Assembly (NCBI GenBank): GCA_036447375.1
Contig: JAZFUU010000009.1
Coordinates: 1 to 59,294, forward strand
DNA from: Myxococcota bacterium
Lineage (GTDB): Bacteria > Myxococcota_A > UBA9160 > SMWR01
Length of the DNA: 59,294 bases
Direction of reading: 5' to 3'
Positions 17,298-26,409 of the stretch are shown in pieces (the stretch's first letter is position 1; each line of letters opens with the position of its first letter). The notes under the pieces are model-generated. The model saw nothing but the letters and a program-made list of their open reading frames with translations. It was not told the DNA's origin and made no database searches. A program made the position numbers and the translations under genes.

Positions 17298-18713
17298 ATG
17301 ATCGGAATCGCAGCGTACGGCGCCTACATCCCGTTCACGCGGCTTCCACTGGCCTTGATCGCGGGCCGATCTGCTCCGGACGGCGGTCCCGAGAAAGCCG
17401 TGGCCTACTACGACGAGGACAGCGTCACCATGGCGGTGGCCGCCGCGATTGACTGCCTTACGGGATTCGACCGCGCCGATGTCGACGGCGTGATGTTCGC
17501 GTCCACGACCTATCCGCTCCGCGAGAAGCAGGCAGCCGCCTTGATCGCCAAAGCGCTGGATCTTCGCCGCGACGTGAACACGGCGGATTTCTCGGGATCC
17601 CTGCGCGCGGGGACGACGGCCCTCGAAGCCGCGAGCAACGCGGTTGCCGCCGGCTCGGCGCGGCAAGTCCTCGTGATCGCCAGCGACTGCCGGATGGGAG
17701 CGCCCCGGGGCGCTCTCGAATCGAAACTCGGCGACGGCGCGGCGGCCTTTCTGGTGTCCGACGCGCGACCGGTCGCCACGATCGAGGCCGGCTACGCCGT
17801 GGCCGACGAACTGCAGGACCAATGGCGTAGCGACGGCGAGGCCTTTACCCACAGCTGGGAGGATCGCTTCGTCGTGTCCGAGGGCTACACCCCGAATCTC
17901 GTCGACGCGGTGCAGGGTCTGTTTCGGAAAACCGGACGCAAGGCGTCGGACTACGCGCGCGCCGCGCTCTACGCCCCCGACGCGCGCGGTCTGAGCGGCG
18001 TGGCCCGCAAACTGGGCTTCGCGGCCGAGCAACTCCAGGACGGATTCTTCGGAGCGATGGGAAACACGGGCACCGCATTCGCCCCCATGCTTCTGGTCGC
18101 CGCGCTGGAACAGGCCAAGCCCGGAGACCGGCTGCTGGTGGCAAGCTACGGCGACGGGGCCCAGGCCCTTTCTCTCGAGGTGACCGAGCACATCGAAAAG
18201 CTGGGACCGCGCCGCGGGGTCTCGAAGCACCTCGCCCGGCGGCGCCCACTCGCCAGTTACGACGCGTATCTGCGCTCGCGCCGGCTCGATCCCAAGGAGT
18301 GGTCGGCGGGTGCCGACCTCGGCCTCTCCGCCACGGTTCGCTTCCGCGAACGCGACGCCGACATCGGTTTCATCGGGGCGCGTTGTTGTTCCTGCAGCCT
18401 CGTGCACTTCCCCGGACCGAGGGTCTGCTATCGCTGCCACAAGAAGGACGAGTGGGAACCCTTCCGGCTCTCGGATCGATCCGGACGCGTGCTCGCGTTC
18501 ACCTTTGACTACTTCTTCCCCGCCGCCGAACCCCCCACCATTGTGGTGATGACCGAGATCGAGGGCTGCCGTGTGCAGGTGCAGTTGGCCAACGCGAAGC
18601 CCGATGAGGTCAAGCTCGACATGTCCGTCGAGTTCGGATTCCGAAAGATTCACGACGCCGGCGGCAAGGCCAACTATTTCTGGAAAGCCCTCCCGATTCC
18701 GGAGGATGCCTGA
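17298..18713 (+). CDS. HMG-CoA-synthase/KAS III-like domain fused to a DUF35-type Zn-ribbon/OB-fold domain
   Basis: The N-terminal ~350 aa show a thiolase-fold HMGCS-like pattern (YDEDSVTMAVAA, GDGA). The C-terminus has CCSCSLVHFPGPRVCYRCHKK (a 4-Cys ribbon) followed by an OB-like segment. GAGGAG lies upstream of ATG 17298. Confidence 0.8.
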   Translation: MIGIAAYGAYIPFTRLPLALIAGRSAPDGGPEKAVAYYDEDSVTMAVAAAIDCLTGFDRADVDGVMFASTTYPLREKQAAALIAKALDLRRDVNTADFSGSLRAGTTALEAASNAVAAGSARQVLVIASDCRMGAPRGALESKLGDGAAAFLVSDARPVATIEAGYAVADELQDQWRSDGEAFTHSWEDRFVVSEGYTPNLVDAVQGLFRKTGRKASDYARAALYAPDARGLSGVARKLGFAAEQLQDGFFGAMGNTGTAFAPMLLVAALEQAKPGDRLLVASYGDGAQALSLEVTEHIEKLGPRRGVSKHLARRRPLASYDAYLRSRRLDPKEWSAGADLGLSATVRFRERDADIGFIGARCCSCSLVHFPGPRVCYRCHKKDEWEPFRLSDRSGRVLAFTFDYFFPAAEPPTIVVMTEIEGCRVQVQLANAKPDEVKLDMSVEFGFRKIHDAGGKANYFWKALPIPEDA

Positions 18714-19867
18714 TGAGCGAGTCGATCCGAGACAAGACCGCCATCGTCGGCGTGGGCGCGTGCCAGTTCGGAGAAAACTGGGACCAGTCTCGCGAGGACA
18801 TGATCGTCGACGCCGCCTACGAAGCCTATGCCGATGCGGGAATCGAGGATCCCCAGGCGCAGATCGACGCGGTCTTCTGCGGCGCGGTCTACCCCCGGGA
18901 CGGAACCTCGGAAGTCGCCGAAGCGCTCAAGTTCTTCGGAAAGCCGATCAGCATCGTGTCCGACTACTGCCAGACGGGAACCGACGCGCTCCGCTTCGGC
19001 GTCTTCGCCGTCGCCTGTGGCATGCACGATACGGTGCTCGTGGTGGGCTTCGACAAGCCCAAGGACCGCGGTGTCTCGGGACCTTCGGTCAGCTTCGATC
19101 GGGTTCGCGGCCTCCCGGCCACGCCCGCCGGCTGGTTCTCTCTGTGCGCCGCTCGCTATTTCGAGACCTACGGCGCCGGCCGAGAAGACCTCGCACGCAT
19201 CGCGGTCAAGAACCATCACAACGGTACGCTCGCGCCCAAATCGATGCTCAAGCGCGAGATCACCATCGAGGATGTGTTGCAGGCGCGGATGATCTCCTGG
19301 CCCTTCGGGCTGTTCGACGTGGCAGCTCAGTCCGACGGCGCGGCCGCCGCGATCATCACGCGAAGAGACCGGGCGCGGAGCTTCCGGGACGACTACGTGC
19401 TCGTGAAGGCGATCTCGATCGCGGTGTCCGAGCATCCCCAGCGCGATCCCAACTTCGATTTCCTCGCCTGGAAGCCCACGATCTACGCGGCCCGCTCCGC
19501 CTACGAGCAGGCTGGAATTACCGAACCTTTCCGGGAACTTGATGTCGTACAGCTACACGACTGCTTCACCATGACCGAGCTGTTGAGTTACGAGGATCTC
19601 GGCCTGTGCAAGAAAGGCGAGGCGAAAGACCACATCGCGTCGGGAACCTTCGAGCTCGGCGGCGAGCTTCCGGTCAACACCGACGGCGGTCTCAAGAGCT
19701 TCGGCCACCCCACCGGGGCCACCGGCGTGCGCATGGTCTACGAGAACACGCTTCAACTCCAAGGCCGCGCCGGCAAGCGCCAGGTGAAGAACGCCACCCT
19801 GGCACTCAGTCACAACCTCGGCGGCCCGCCCACTACCTGCGGCATCGCGATCCTCGGAATGCCCTGA
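18713..19867 (+). CDS. SCP-x / nonspecific lipid-transfer-type thiolase
   Basis: There is a TGATG overlap with the upstream gene. TAIVGVGACQFGE...YCQTGTDAL...NTDGGLKSFGHPTGATG is a typical thiolase C-terminus. Confidence 0.88.
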   Translation: MSESIRDKTAIVGVGACQFGENWDQSREDMIVDAAYEAYADAGIEDPQAQIDAVFCGAVYPRDGTSEVAEALKFFGKPISIVSDYCQTGTDALRFGVFAVACGMHDTVLVVGFDKPKDRGVSGPSVSFDRVRGLPATPAGWFSLCAARYFETYGAGREDLARIAVKNHHNGTLAPKSMLKREITIEDVLQARMISWPFGLFDVAAQSDGAAAAIITRRDRARSFRDDYVLVKAISIAVSEHPQRDPNFDFLAWKPTIYAARSAYEQAGITEPFRELDVVQLHDCFTMTELLSYEDLGLCKKGEAKDHIASGTFELGGELPVNTDGGLKSFGHPTGATGVRMVYENTLQLQGRAGKRQVKNATLALSHNLGGPPTTCGIAILGMP

Positions 19868-19917
19868 ACCGCGCGCTCGGCCGCGAGCGCAGACACTTCG
19901 CCATCGGAGGCCCCCCA

Positions 19918-21330
19918 ATGGAAAACGAACTCTGGAAATCGAGCGCCGCGGATCTGGCGCAGGCCATTCGAGGCCGCCGCGTCTCGGCCCGCGAGGTGGT
20001 CCAGGCCCATCTCGACCGGATTGCCGCGGTGAACGACGCCGTCAACGCCATCACTGTCGTCCTCGCCGACCGCGCCCTCACCGAAGCCGACGAGGCCGAC
20101 GCGGCCGTGGCACGCGGAGGCGACCTGGGACCCCTCCACGGGGTTCCCATGACCGTGAAAGAGAATCTCGATCTCGCCGGTTCGGCCACCACCCAGGGTG
20201 TTGTCGCCATGAAGGACGCCGTCCCAGCCATCGATGCCCCACACGTTGCCCAGCTGCGCCGGGCCGGTGCGATCCCGATCGGACGCACCAACCTTCCGGA
20301 TTTCGGTTTGCGCTGGCACACGGACAACGCGCTGCGCGGGGCCACGCGCAACCCGTGGGATCCGGCGCGCACTCCCGGCGGATCGAGCGGTGGCGACGCC
20401 GTGGCTCTCGCCACCGGCATGACGCCCCTGGGAAACGGCAACGACTACGGCGGGTCCCTGCGGATTCCGTCGCAGTTCTGTGGCACCGCGGCGATCCGGC
20501 CCACCCTGGGCCGCGTCGCCCAGGCTTCGGCCCTCGCGCCCACCGAGCCGGCTTTCACGGTCCAGCTCTTCCAGGTTCAGGGACCCATGGCGCGCCACGT
20601 CGGCGACCTGCGCCTGGCCCTGGCGGCCATGAGCGGCCCCGATCCGCGAGACCCGTGGTGGACCCCGGCGCCCCTCGAAAGTCCGGCGCCCAGCACTGCG
20701 CTCCCGCGGGTCGCCGTCGTCGCCGACCCGGCGGGCTTCGGAGTGCACGAAGACGTGGAGTCGGGCGTGCGTCAGGCCGCCGAGGCTCTCGCCGACGCGG
20801 GCTACTCGGTCGACGAGGTCGAGCCTCCGGTGGTTCGCGAAGCCGCCGAGCTCTGGGGCGCGCTCGTGTTTGCCGAGATCACCACGACCATGCTTCCCCT
20901 CATGCGGCCGCTGCTCAGCGAAGGGGCCGCGACCTTCATGGATCTCTCGCTCCCCCAGCTGTCCGAAGTCGACCTGGCGGGTTTCATGTCCGCGCTGGCG
21001 GCTCGTCAGGCGATCGCTCGCCAGTGGAGCGAGTTTCATACGCGCTATCCCCTGGTGCTCGGTCCGGTGTCGACGCAACCCGCCTTCCCCGTCGGGCGCG
21101 ACGTCGAGAGCGCCGAGGCGGTTGCCGACCTGGCCGGGAGCCTCGCCCTGGTTACGACGGTGAACCTGCTCGGCCTGCCCGCCGTGGCGGTTCCTGTCGG
21201 CGTCGTCGACGGGCTTCCCCAGGGCGTGCAGATCATCGGCGATCGCTATCGGGAAGACCTGTGTCTGGATGCGGCCGATGCCATCGAGACCCGGCTCGGG
21301 GTCGTCACACCGATCGATCCGACGGGTTGA
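19918..21330 (+). CDS. Amidase (amidase-signature family)
   Basis: ATG 19918. The signature is GVPMTVKENL...TPGGSSGGDAVALATGM. Confidence 0.9.
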   Translation: MENELWKSSAADLAQAIRGRRVSAREVVQAHLDRIAAVNDAVNAITVVLADRALTEADEADAAVARGGDLGPLHGVPMTVKENLDLAGSATTQGVVAMKDAVPAIDAPHVAQLRRAGAIPIGRTNLPDFGLRWHTDNALRGATRNPWDPARTPGGSSGGDAVALATGMTPLGNGNDYGGSLRIPSQFCGTAAIRPTLGRVAQASALAPTEPAFTVQLFQVQGPMARHVGDLRLALAAMSGPDPRDPWWTPAPLESPAPSTALPRVAVVADPAGFGVHEDVESGVRQAAEALADAGYSVDEVEPPVVREAAELWGALVFAEITTTMLPLMRPLLSEGAATFMDLSLPQLSEVDLAGFMSALAARQAIARQWSEFHTRYPLVLGPVSTQPAFPVGRDVESAEAVADLAGSLALVTTVNLLGLPAVAVPVGVVDGLPQGVQIIGDRYREDLCLDAADAIETRLGVVTPIDPTG

Positions 21331-21343
21331 GAACGGATCCACG

Positions 21344-22531
21344 TTGGATCTGCGCTACTCGGAATCGGACGAACAGTTTCGCGGGGAGCTGCGGTCCTGG
21401 CTGCGGGACGCGGTCAGCGCCCACGGCCCGCCCCCGCCCCACCACGACTGGCCCGCACGACGCGCCTACGACACGGGTTGGCAGCGAAAGCTCCACGACG
21501 CCGGCTACGCCGGCATCCACTGGCCCCGGGAATACGGGGGCCGAGACGCGTCCCCCAGCGAGCAGCTCGTCTACTTCGAGGAAATCGCGCGCGCCAACGC
21601 CCCTTATGTGGGCATCAACTTCGTGGGACTGCTCCACGGCGGACCGACCCTGATCGTAGAGGGAACCCCCGAGCAGAAGCAGCGACACGTGCCCTCCATC
21701 CTGCGCGGCGAACAGACGTGGTGTCAGGGCTTTTCGGAGCCCGAGGCGGGCTCCGATCTGGCGAGCCTGCGGGCGCGCGCCGAGCGCGACGGCGATCACT
21801 ACGTCGTCAGCGGGCACAAGATCTGGACGAGCTATGCGCAAGTCGCCGACTACTGCGAGCTGCTGGTGCGCACGGATCCCGACGCCCCCAAGCACAAGGG
21901 CATCACCTGGCTGATCATGCCGATGGACCTGCCGGGAATCGAGATCCGCCCCCTGAAGACGATCGCCGGAGAGGGAGAGTTCAGCGAGCTCTTCCTGGAG
22001 AAGGTGCGAATCCCGGTCGAAAACCGGGTCGGCGCCGAGAACGACGGCTGGCGTGTCACCAATGTAACGCTTCGTTTCGAACGCGGTGCGGCGTTCGCCA
22101 GCGAGATGTACCAGCTTCGCGAGCACCTGGCCGAGATCAAGGCCGTGGCGAGTCGCGTCACCCGGCACGATGCGCGCGCTTGGGACGACACGGCGTTGCG
22201 GCGGGAGCTCGGCCGGCTGCAGGCCGAGCTCGACGCGCTCTGGGCGATGGTGAAGCTCTCGGTCTCCGAAGCCAGCGAGGCCGGGGTCCCCGGGGTCGGA
22301 AGCGCCGCGGTCAAACTCTTCTACACGGAATTAGCCCAGCGGATCAGCGACGTCGCCATGCGCGTGCTCGGGCGCGCCGGCCTCTCCCGTTCGGACGTGG
22401 CCGATCTTCCCAGCCAGCGCTTTCTGACCAAGATGTTGATGTCTCTCAACCTGACCATCGCGGCGGGGACGTCTCAGATCCAGCGAAACATCATCTCGGA
22501 GCGGATCCTCGGCTTGCCGAGGGGACGTTGA
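21344..22531 (+). CDS. Acyl-CoA dehydrogenase, large-subunit type
   Basis: IHWPREYGGRDAS..CQGFSEPEAGSDLASL..TIAAGTSQIQRNIISERILGLP. The start is uncertain. TTG 21344 is the first in-frame start after the amidase stop. Confidence 0.85.
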   Translation: MDLRYSESDEQFRGELRSWLRDAVSAHGPPPPHHDWPARRAYDTGWQRKLHDAGYAGIHWPREYGGRDASPSEQLVYFEEIARANAPYVGINFVGLLHGGPTLIVEGTPEQKQRHVPSILRGEQTWCQGFSEPEAGSDLASLRARAERDGDHYVVSGHKIWTSYAQVADYCELLVRTDPDAPKHKGITWLIMPMDLPGIEIRPLKTIAGEGEFSELFLEKVRIPVENRVGAENDGWRVTNVTLRFERGAAFASEMYQLREHLAEIKAVASRVTRHDARAWDDTALRRELGRLQAELDALWAMVKLSVSEASEAGVPGVGSAAVKLFYTELAQRISDVAMRVLGRAGLSRSDVADLPSQRFLTKMLMSLNLTIAAGTSQIQRNIISERILGLPRGR

Positions 22532-22564
22532 AGCGAAAGACGAGAGCGGGCGAGGAAACCGGGG

Positions 22565-23548
22565 TTGGATTTCCGAATCAATGCCGACCAGGAAGCCCTT
22601 CAGCAAGGGGTTCGCCGCTTCTGCGAAGGTCGGATCGCGATCGACCAGCTGCGCGAGCTCGAAGAGAAGGAGGCGTTCGATCGTTCCCTCTGGGACGACC
22701 TCGCAGAAATGGGGATCTTCCGGCTCCGGATGCCCGAGACGGCCGGCGGCCTGGGACTGAGCAGTGCCGATGCGGTGCTGGTCTTCGAAGAGCTCGGTCG
22801 GAGCCTGGCCCCGGGACCGCTGGTCTGGAGCCATCTCGCCGCGCCCTGGATCGAAGGCGCGGGAACCGGCGAGGTCGTGGTGGGCGGACTCGACCTGATC
22901 AGCGCCGCACCCCGCCCGTACCTGGTCGAGTACTGGGCACATCTGGATGTCTTGCTCTTGCTCCGCCCCGAGGGTCTCTTTCGCGTCGACCCGAAAACAC
23001 TCGACGCCCAGCCCATCGCCACACCCCTGGACCCCCTCACCCCGATGCACCACGTCACTTCCCTACCTCGGGGCGAGCGCCTCGCGGAATCCGACGTGGC
23101 TCGGCGGCTGTGGCTGGAGGGAGCCGCCCTCGTATCGGGCCAGCTGCTCGGAATCGCCGAGGCAGCCCTCGAGCGGGCACTCGACTACGCGAAGAAGCGC
23201 GAGCAATTCGGACAGGTCATCGGCTCATTTCAGGCGATCAAACACCTGTGTGCCGACATGTTCGTTCGACAGGAGGTGGCGCGCGCGGGCGCCTATGCAG
23301 CGGGGGCCACCCTCGATCATCCGGAGGTGGGTGACCTGGAGCGCGCCGTCGGAAGCGGCAAGATCACCGCCGGCGAGGCCGCGATGAAGAACGCTCGCGC
23401 GTGCATCCAGATCCACGGCGGCATGGGCTACACCTGGGAGGTACCCGCCCACTACTTCCTCAAGCGAACCTGGGTGCTCGAATCGACCTTCGGAACCGGC
23501 GACGAGCACGCAGAGCGCATCGCCCTGCGGATCGAATCCGGCACCTGA
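22565..23548 (+). CDS. Acyl-CoA dehydrogenase, small-subunit type
   Basis: TTG 22565 is preceded by GAGGAA. 327 aa. The C-terminus has IQIHGGMGYTWEVPAHYFLKR. Confidence 0.85.
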   Translation: MDFRINADQEALQQGVRRFCEGRIAIDQLRELEEKEAFDRSLWDDLAEMGIFRLRMPETAGGLGLSSADAVLVFEELGRSLAPGPLVWSHLAAPWIEGAGTGEVVVGGLDLISAAPRPYLVEYWAHLDVLLLLRPEGLFRVDPKTLDAQPIATPLDPLTPMHHVTSLPRGERLAESDVARRLWLEGAALVSGQLLGIAEAALERALDYAKKREQFGQVIGSFQAIKHLCADMFVRQEVARAGAYAAGATLDHPEVGDLERAVGSGKITAGEAAMKNARACIQIHGGMGYTWEVPAHYFLKRTWVLESTFGTGDEHAERIALRIESGT

Positions 23549-23557
23549 AGCGCCGCT

Positions 23558-24373
23558 TCACGAGCCCGTCGGCTTCTCCGACTTCTTTCCGGTGTACTCG
23601 CAGAACGCGCCGGGCACGACCACCCGGTAGCGCGATTCTTCCACGCCGACGTCCCGCAGGGCGTGGAGAATCGTATCCGGCGAGGCGCTCTTCTCCACGG
23701 TATCCCAGTAGTAATCCATCAGAACCTTCGCATCGCGACTCCGGGTGAAGAGCAGTGTCATCCCCGGAATCACACGATTCCACGCGAATCGCGTCAGCCG
23801 GTGGCCCAGTGGGGAAGTCGGAAGGTGCCCTTCCAGGATCCACAACCTGCCTCCCGGTTTGAGTACCCGGAGGTACTCGCCAAAGGCGACGGCCAGGTCG
23901 GACACGTGCCGCAGGGCGATGCCCATCGTCACGAAATCGAAGTGGTCGTCCGCAAACGGAAGACCCTCGGCCACGCCTCGGACCACGGGTCCGCGAAAGA
24001 CCTTTTGCGCCTGTCCAAGCATTCCGCGGTTCGGGTCGACGCCGATCACGGATCCCTCCGGCCCGACCAACTTCGCCGCCCCACGGGCCACGGCCGCTGT
24101 GCCGATCGCCACGTCGAGAACCTTCATCCCGCGGCGCAGCCCCGCCCGGCGCAGGGACAGACGGCGATACAGGAGGCCCCCGTTGAAGAAGAGCTTCTCG
24201 ATGGTGTCGTAGTGCTGCGCCGTCTTGTCGAAGAGATCCATGACGTAGCGGTGCCGGTTCGAATCGGTCTCGTAGTAGTCGGTCAGCGGGGAATGGGGCG
24301 GCACCCTCTGGCGTCCCCGCGTCGCCCCCTTCGGGTCGCCCTCCTGAATCGGGCCCGTCTGAATCGTATCCAT
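23558..24373 (-). CDS. Class I SAM-dependent methyltransferase, UbiE/MenG-like
   Basis: YDTIEKLFFNGGLLYRRL...VLDVAIGTAAVA...VIGVDPNRGML...LKPGGRLWILE parallels the UbiE layout. ATG 24373 is preferred; the longest ORF starts at 24439. Confidence 0.85.
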   Translation of the reverse strand: MDTIQTGPIQEGDPKGATRGRQRVPPHSPLTDYYETDSNRHRYVMDLFDKTAQHYDTIEKLFFNGGLLYRRLSLRRAGLRRGMKVLDVAIGTAAVARGAAKLVGPEGSVIGVDPNRGMLGQAQKVFRGPVVRGVAEGLPFADDHFDFVTMGIALRHVSDLAVAFGEYLRVLKPGGRLWILEGHLPTSPLGHRLTRFAWNRVIPGMTLLFTRSRDAKVLMDYYWDTVEKSASPDTILHALRDVGVEESRYRVVVPGAFCEYTGKKSEKPTGS

Positions 24374-24519
24374 CGTCCCCCCCGCGGAAGGCCAGGCTCC
24401 GCAAGTCGCGATGCTAACAAGTCGAGTCCGGCGAGACACTTCGCCGACCGAATCCGCGCGGCCCGCTCGGCATCGACCTTTGTTGCGGCCAGGATGCGAA
24501 GGGGGTACCCGTTCCGGCG

Positions 24520-25221
24520 GTGCACAGCTCGCCCTCCCAGCGATCGCCTTGGCAGGGGGGACTCGAGTTCATCCTGATCGCGATCGCCGGGGTGATGCTC
24601 GCGTCCCTGGGAGAGCGGGTCCTGGTGGCGATCGCGCGAGCGCCGGCCGGGTGGCCGATTCCGGTGGCGCTGGTTCCGGTGGCGCTGGGACTGGCAGTCG
24701 GAGTGCTGAGCGCCGATTTCACTTCCGGAGCCCTCCACTGGTTTTGCGATCGCTTCTTCCGAAAAGACACCCCGTTGCTGGGCCGATTGCTGATCCAACC
24801 GTTCCGCGACCACCATGTCGATCCACAGGGGATCGTCCGCCATGGCCTGTTGGAGCTGCACGGCAACAGCTGTATCCCGGTCATCGCGTTTCTGGCGGTT
24901 GCCCGCTGGGCCGACCTACCCGACCCCCGAAACCCAGGATCGCTCCTGGTGCACGTGTGGATCTTCGTCTTCGCCTCCAGTGCGCTGCTGACCAATCAGT
25001 TCCATCTGTGGGCCCATGCCGGGAAGGTGCCGCCGGGCGTTCGCTGGCTCCAAAGGCAGGGCCTGATTCTCACGCCGGCCCGGCACGCCGTGCACCACCG
25101 CGGCGGCTTCAGTCAGAGTTATTGCATGACGACAGGATGGTTGAATCCCCTCCTCGACCGGATCGAATTCTTTCCGCGCATCGAACGCGGGATTCGAGGC
25201 CTGGCGCGGTGGCGGAGGTGA
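24520..25221 (+). CDS. CarF/TMEM189(PEDS1)-family lipid desaturase homologue (plasmanylethanolamine desaturase-like)
   Basis: 233 aa and multi-TM. The His-rich signature is HWFCD, FRDHHVDPQGIVRH, QFHLWAH and RHAVHH. The GTG 24520 start is uncertain; an ATG near 24595 is possible. Confidence 0.8.
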   Translation: MHSSPSQRSPWQGGLEFILIAIAGVMLASLGERVLVAIARAPAGWPIPVALVPVALGLAVGVLSADFTSGALHWFCDRFFRKDTPLLGRLLIQPFRDHHVDPQGIVRHGLLELHGNSCIPVIAFLAVARWADLPDPRNPGSLLVHVWIFVFASSALLTNQFHLWAHAGKVPPGVRWLQRQGLILTPARHAVHHRGGFSQSYCMTTGWLNPLLDRIEFFPRIERGIRGLARWRR

Positions 25222-25223
25222 GC

Positions 25224-26330
25224 ATGAAACCCAGCAGCCCGGAATTTCGCCTGGGCGAGGGGATGATCAGTGGAGTTCTCTCGGCCACTCTGGGGACTCT
25301 CGGATTCGGGGCGGTGATCTGCCTGCTGTTTCCCAGCCTGCTCACCACCCCCGACATGCGTGCGATCTATCCGATGGAGTGGGTGCGCCGCCTGATTCAG
25401 TTCGTGCTCGTAACGGCCTTCGCCTTCGGCGTTCTCAGCATCGTCCTCACCCGACGCCGAGTCCTGGGCTTGACGGGCATCGCCCTGTCGCTGGGCGCGA
25501 CCCTCCTGGGCGGCTCGAAAGTGCCGGTCTCGGCACCGGTCGCGACGGCGTCCTACATCGGATTGGATTGGTTCATTCTGAATCTGTTCTTCCTGGCATT
25601 GGTGTTCGTGCCGATGGAGCGCGCCTTCGGGCGCCTCACGGAGCAACGCGTGTTCCGAAAGGGGTGGCAGACGGACATCGCGCACTTCCTGGCCAGTCAT
25701 ATCCTGGTCCAGGTGTCTGTCCTGCTCACCATGATTCCTGCGGCCCTCTTCTTTCGATGGGCCGTCGATGCCGAGTTCCAGGGAATCGTGGCGTCGCAAC
25801 CCGTTCCCTTACAGTTCATCGAAGCGCTGGTGCTGGCCGACCTCTTCGCGTATTTCTCGCACCGCCTGTTTCACTCGATTCCCTTGCTGTGGCGTTTCCA
25901 TCGGATCCACCACTCGAGTGAAACCATGGACTGGCTGGCCGGTTCCCGCCTGCATCTGGTCGACATCGTCGCGACCCGCGCCGTCGCCTTCGTCCCGCTC
26001 TACGTCATGGGGTTTTCGACGGAGGCCCTCGTTCCCTACCTGATCTTCGCGTCGATTCAGGCCGTCTTCATCCATGCGAACGTCGGTTTTCGATTCGGTG
26101 GGATCCGCCATCTACTGGTGACGCCGCAGTTCCACCATTGGCATCACACCGCCCAGAGGGAGGCTCTGGACAAGAATTTCGCCGTCCACCTTCCGCTGAT
26201 CGACTGGCTCTTCGGGACCCACCATCTTCCGAAGGATCAGTGGCCCCAGGTCTACGGAATCGCCGGCAGCCCGGTACCCGACGGGTACTGGAAGCAGCTG
26301 TGGATCCCATTCTCCCGAACGAACGGCTGA
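25224..26330 (+). CDS. Fatty-acid hydroxylase (sterol desaturase) superfamily membrane enzyme
   Basis: ATG 25224 lies 2 nt after the upstream stop. There is an N-terminal hydrophobic extension. The His boxes are HRLFH, HRIHH and FHHWHH. Confidence 0.88.
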   Translation: MKPSSPEFRLGEGMISGVLSATLGTLGFGAVICLLFPSLLTTPDMRAIYPMEWVRRLIQFVLVTAFAFGVLSIVLTRRRVLGLTGIALSLGATLLGGSKVPVSAPVATASYIGLDWFILNLFFLALVFVPMERAFGRLTEQRVFRKGWQTDIAHFLASHILVQVSVLLTMIPAALFFRWAVDAEFQGIVASQPVPLQFIEALVLADLFAYFSHRLFHSIPLLWRFHRIHHSSETMDWLAGSRLHLVDIVATRAVAFVPLYVMGFSTEALVPYLIFASIQAVFIHANVGFRFGGIRHLLVTPQFHHWHHTAQREALDKNFAVHLPLIDWLFGTHHLPKDQWPQVYGIAGSPVPDGYWKQLWIPFSRTNG

Positions 26331-26409
26331 GAGACCCGGAACCCGGATTTCGGTTGTCGCCACGACGCCCGTCGCGCATCATCATCGCAATCACACGAGG
26401 AGAGCCCCC

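Noticed and set aside
16773-18653. 626-aa ORF on the minus strand
   Set aside because: It is antisense to the crotonase and HMGCS-like::DUF35 genes, which have clear family motifs and SD sequences.
21478-23334. 618-aa ORF on the plus strand (alternative frame)
   Set aside because: It is an out-of-frame overlap of the two ACAD genes. The sequence is extremely Arg/Gly/Pro-rich.
24411-25223. Upstream part of the 639-aa ORF fused to the FA-hydroxylase gene
   Set aside because: It overlaps the CarF-like gene out of frame and is Arg/Pro-rich. The hydrophobic hydroxylase N-terminus starts at ATG 25224.
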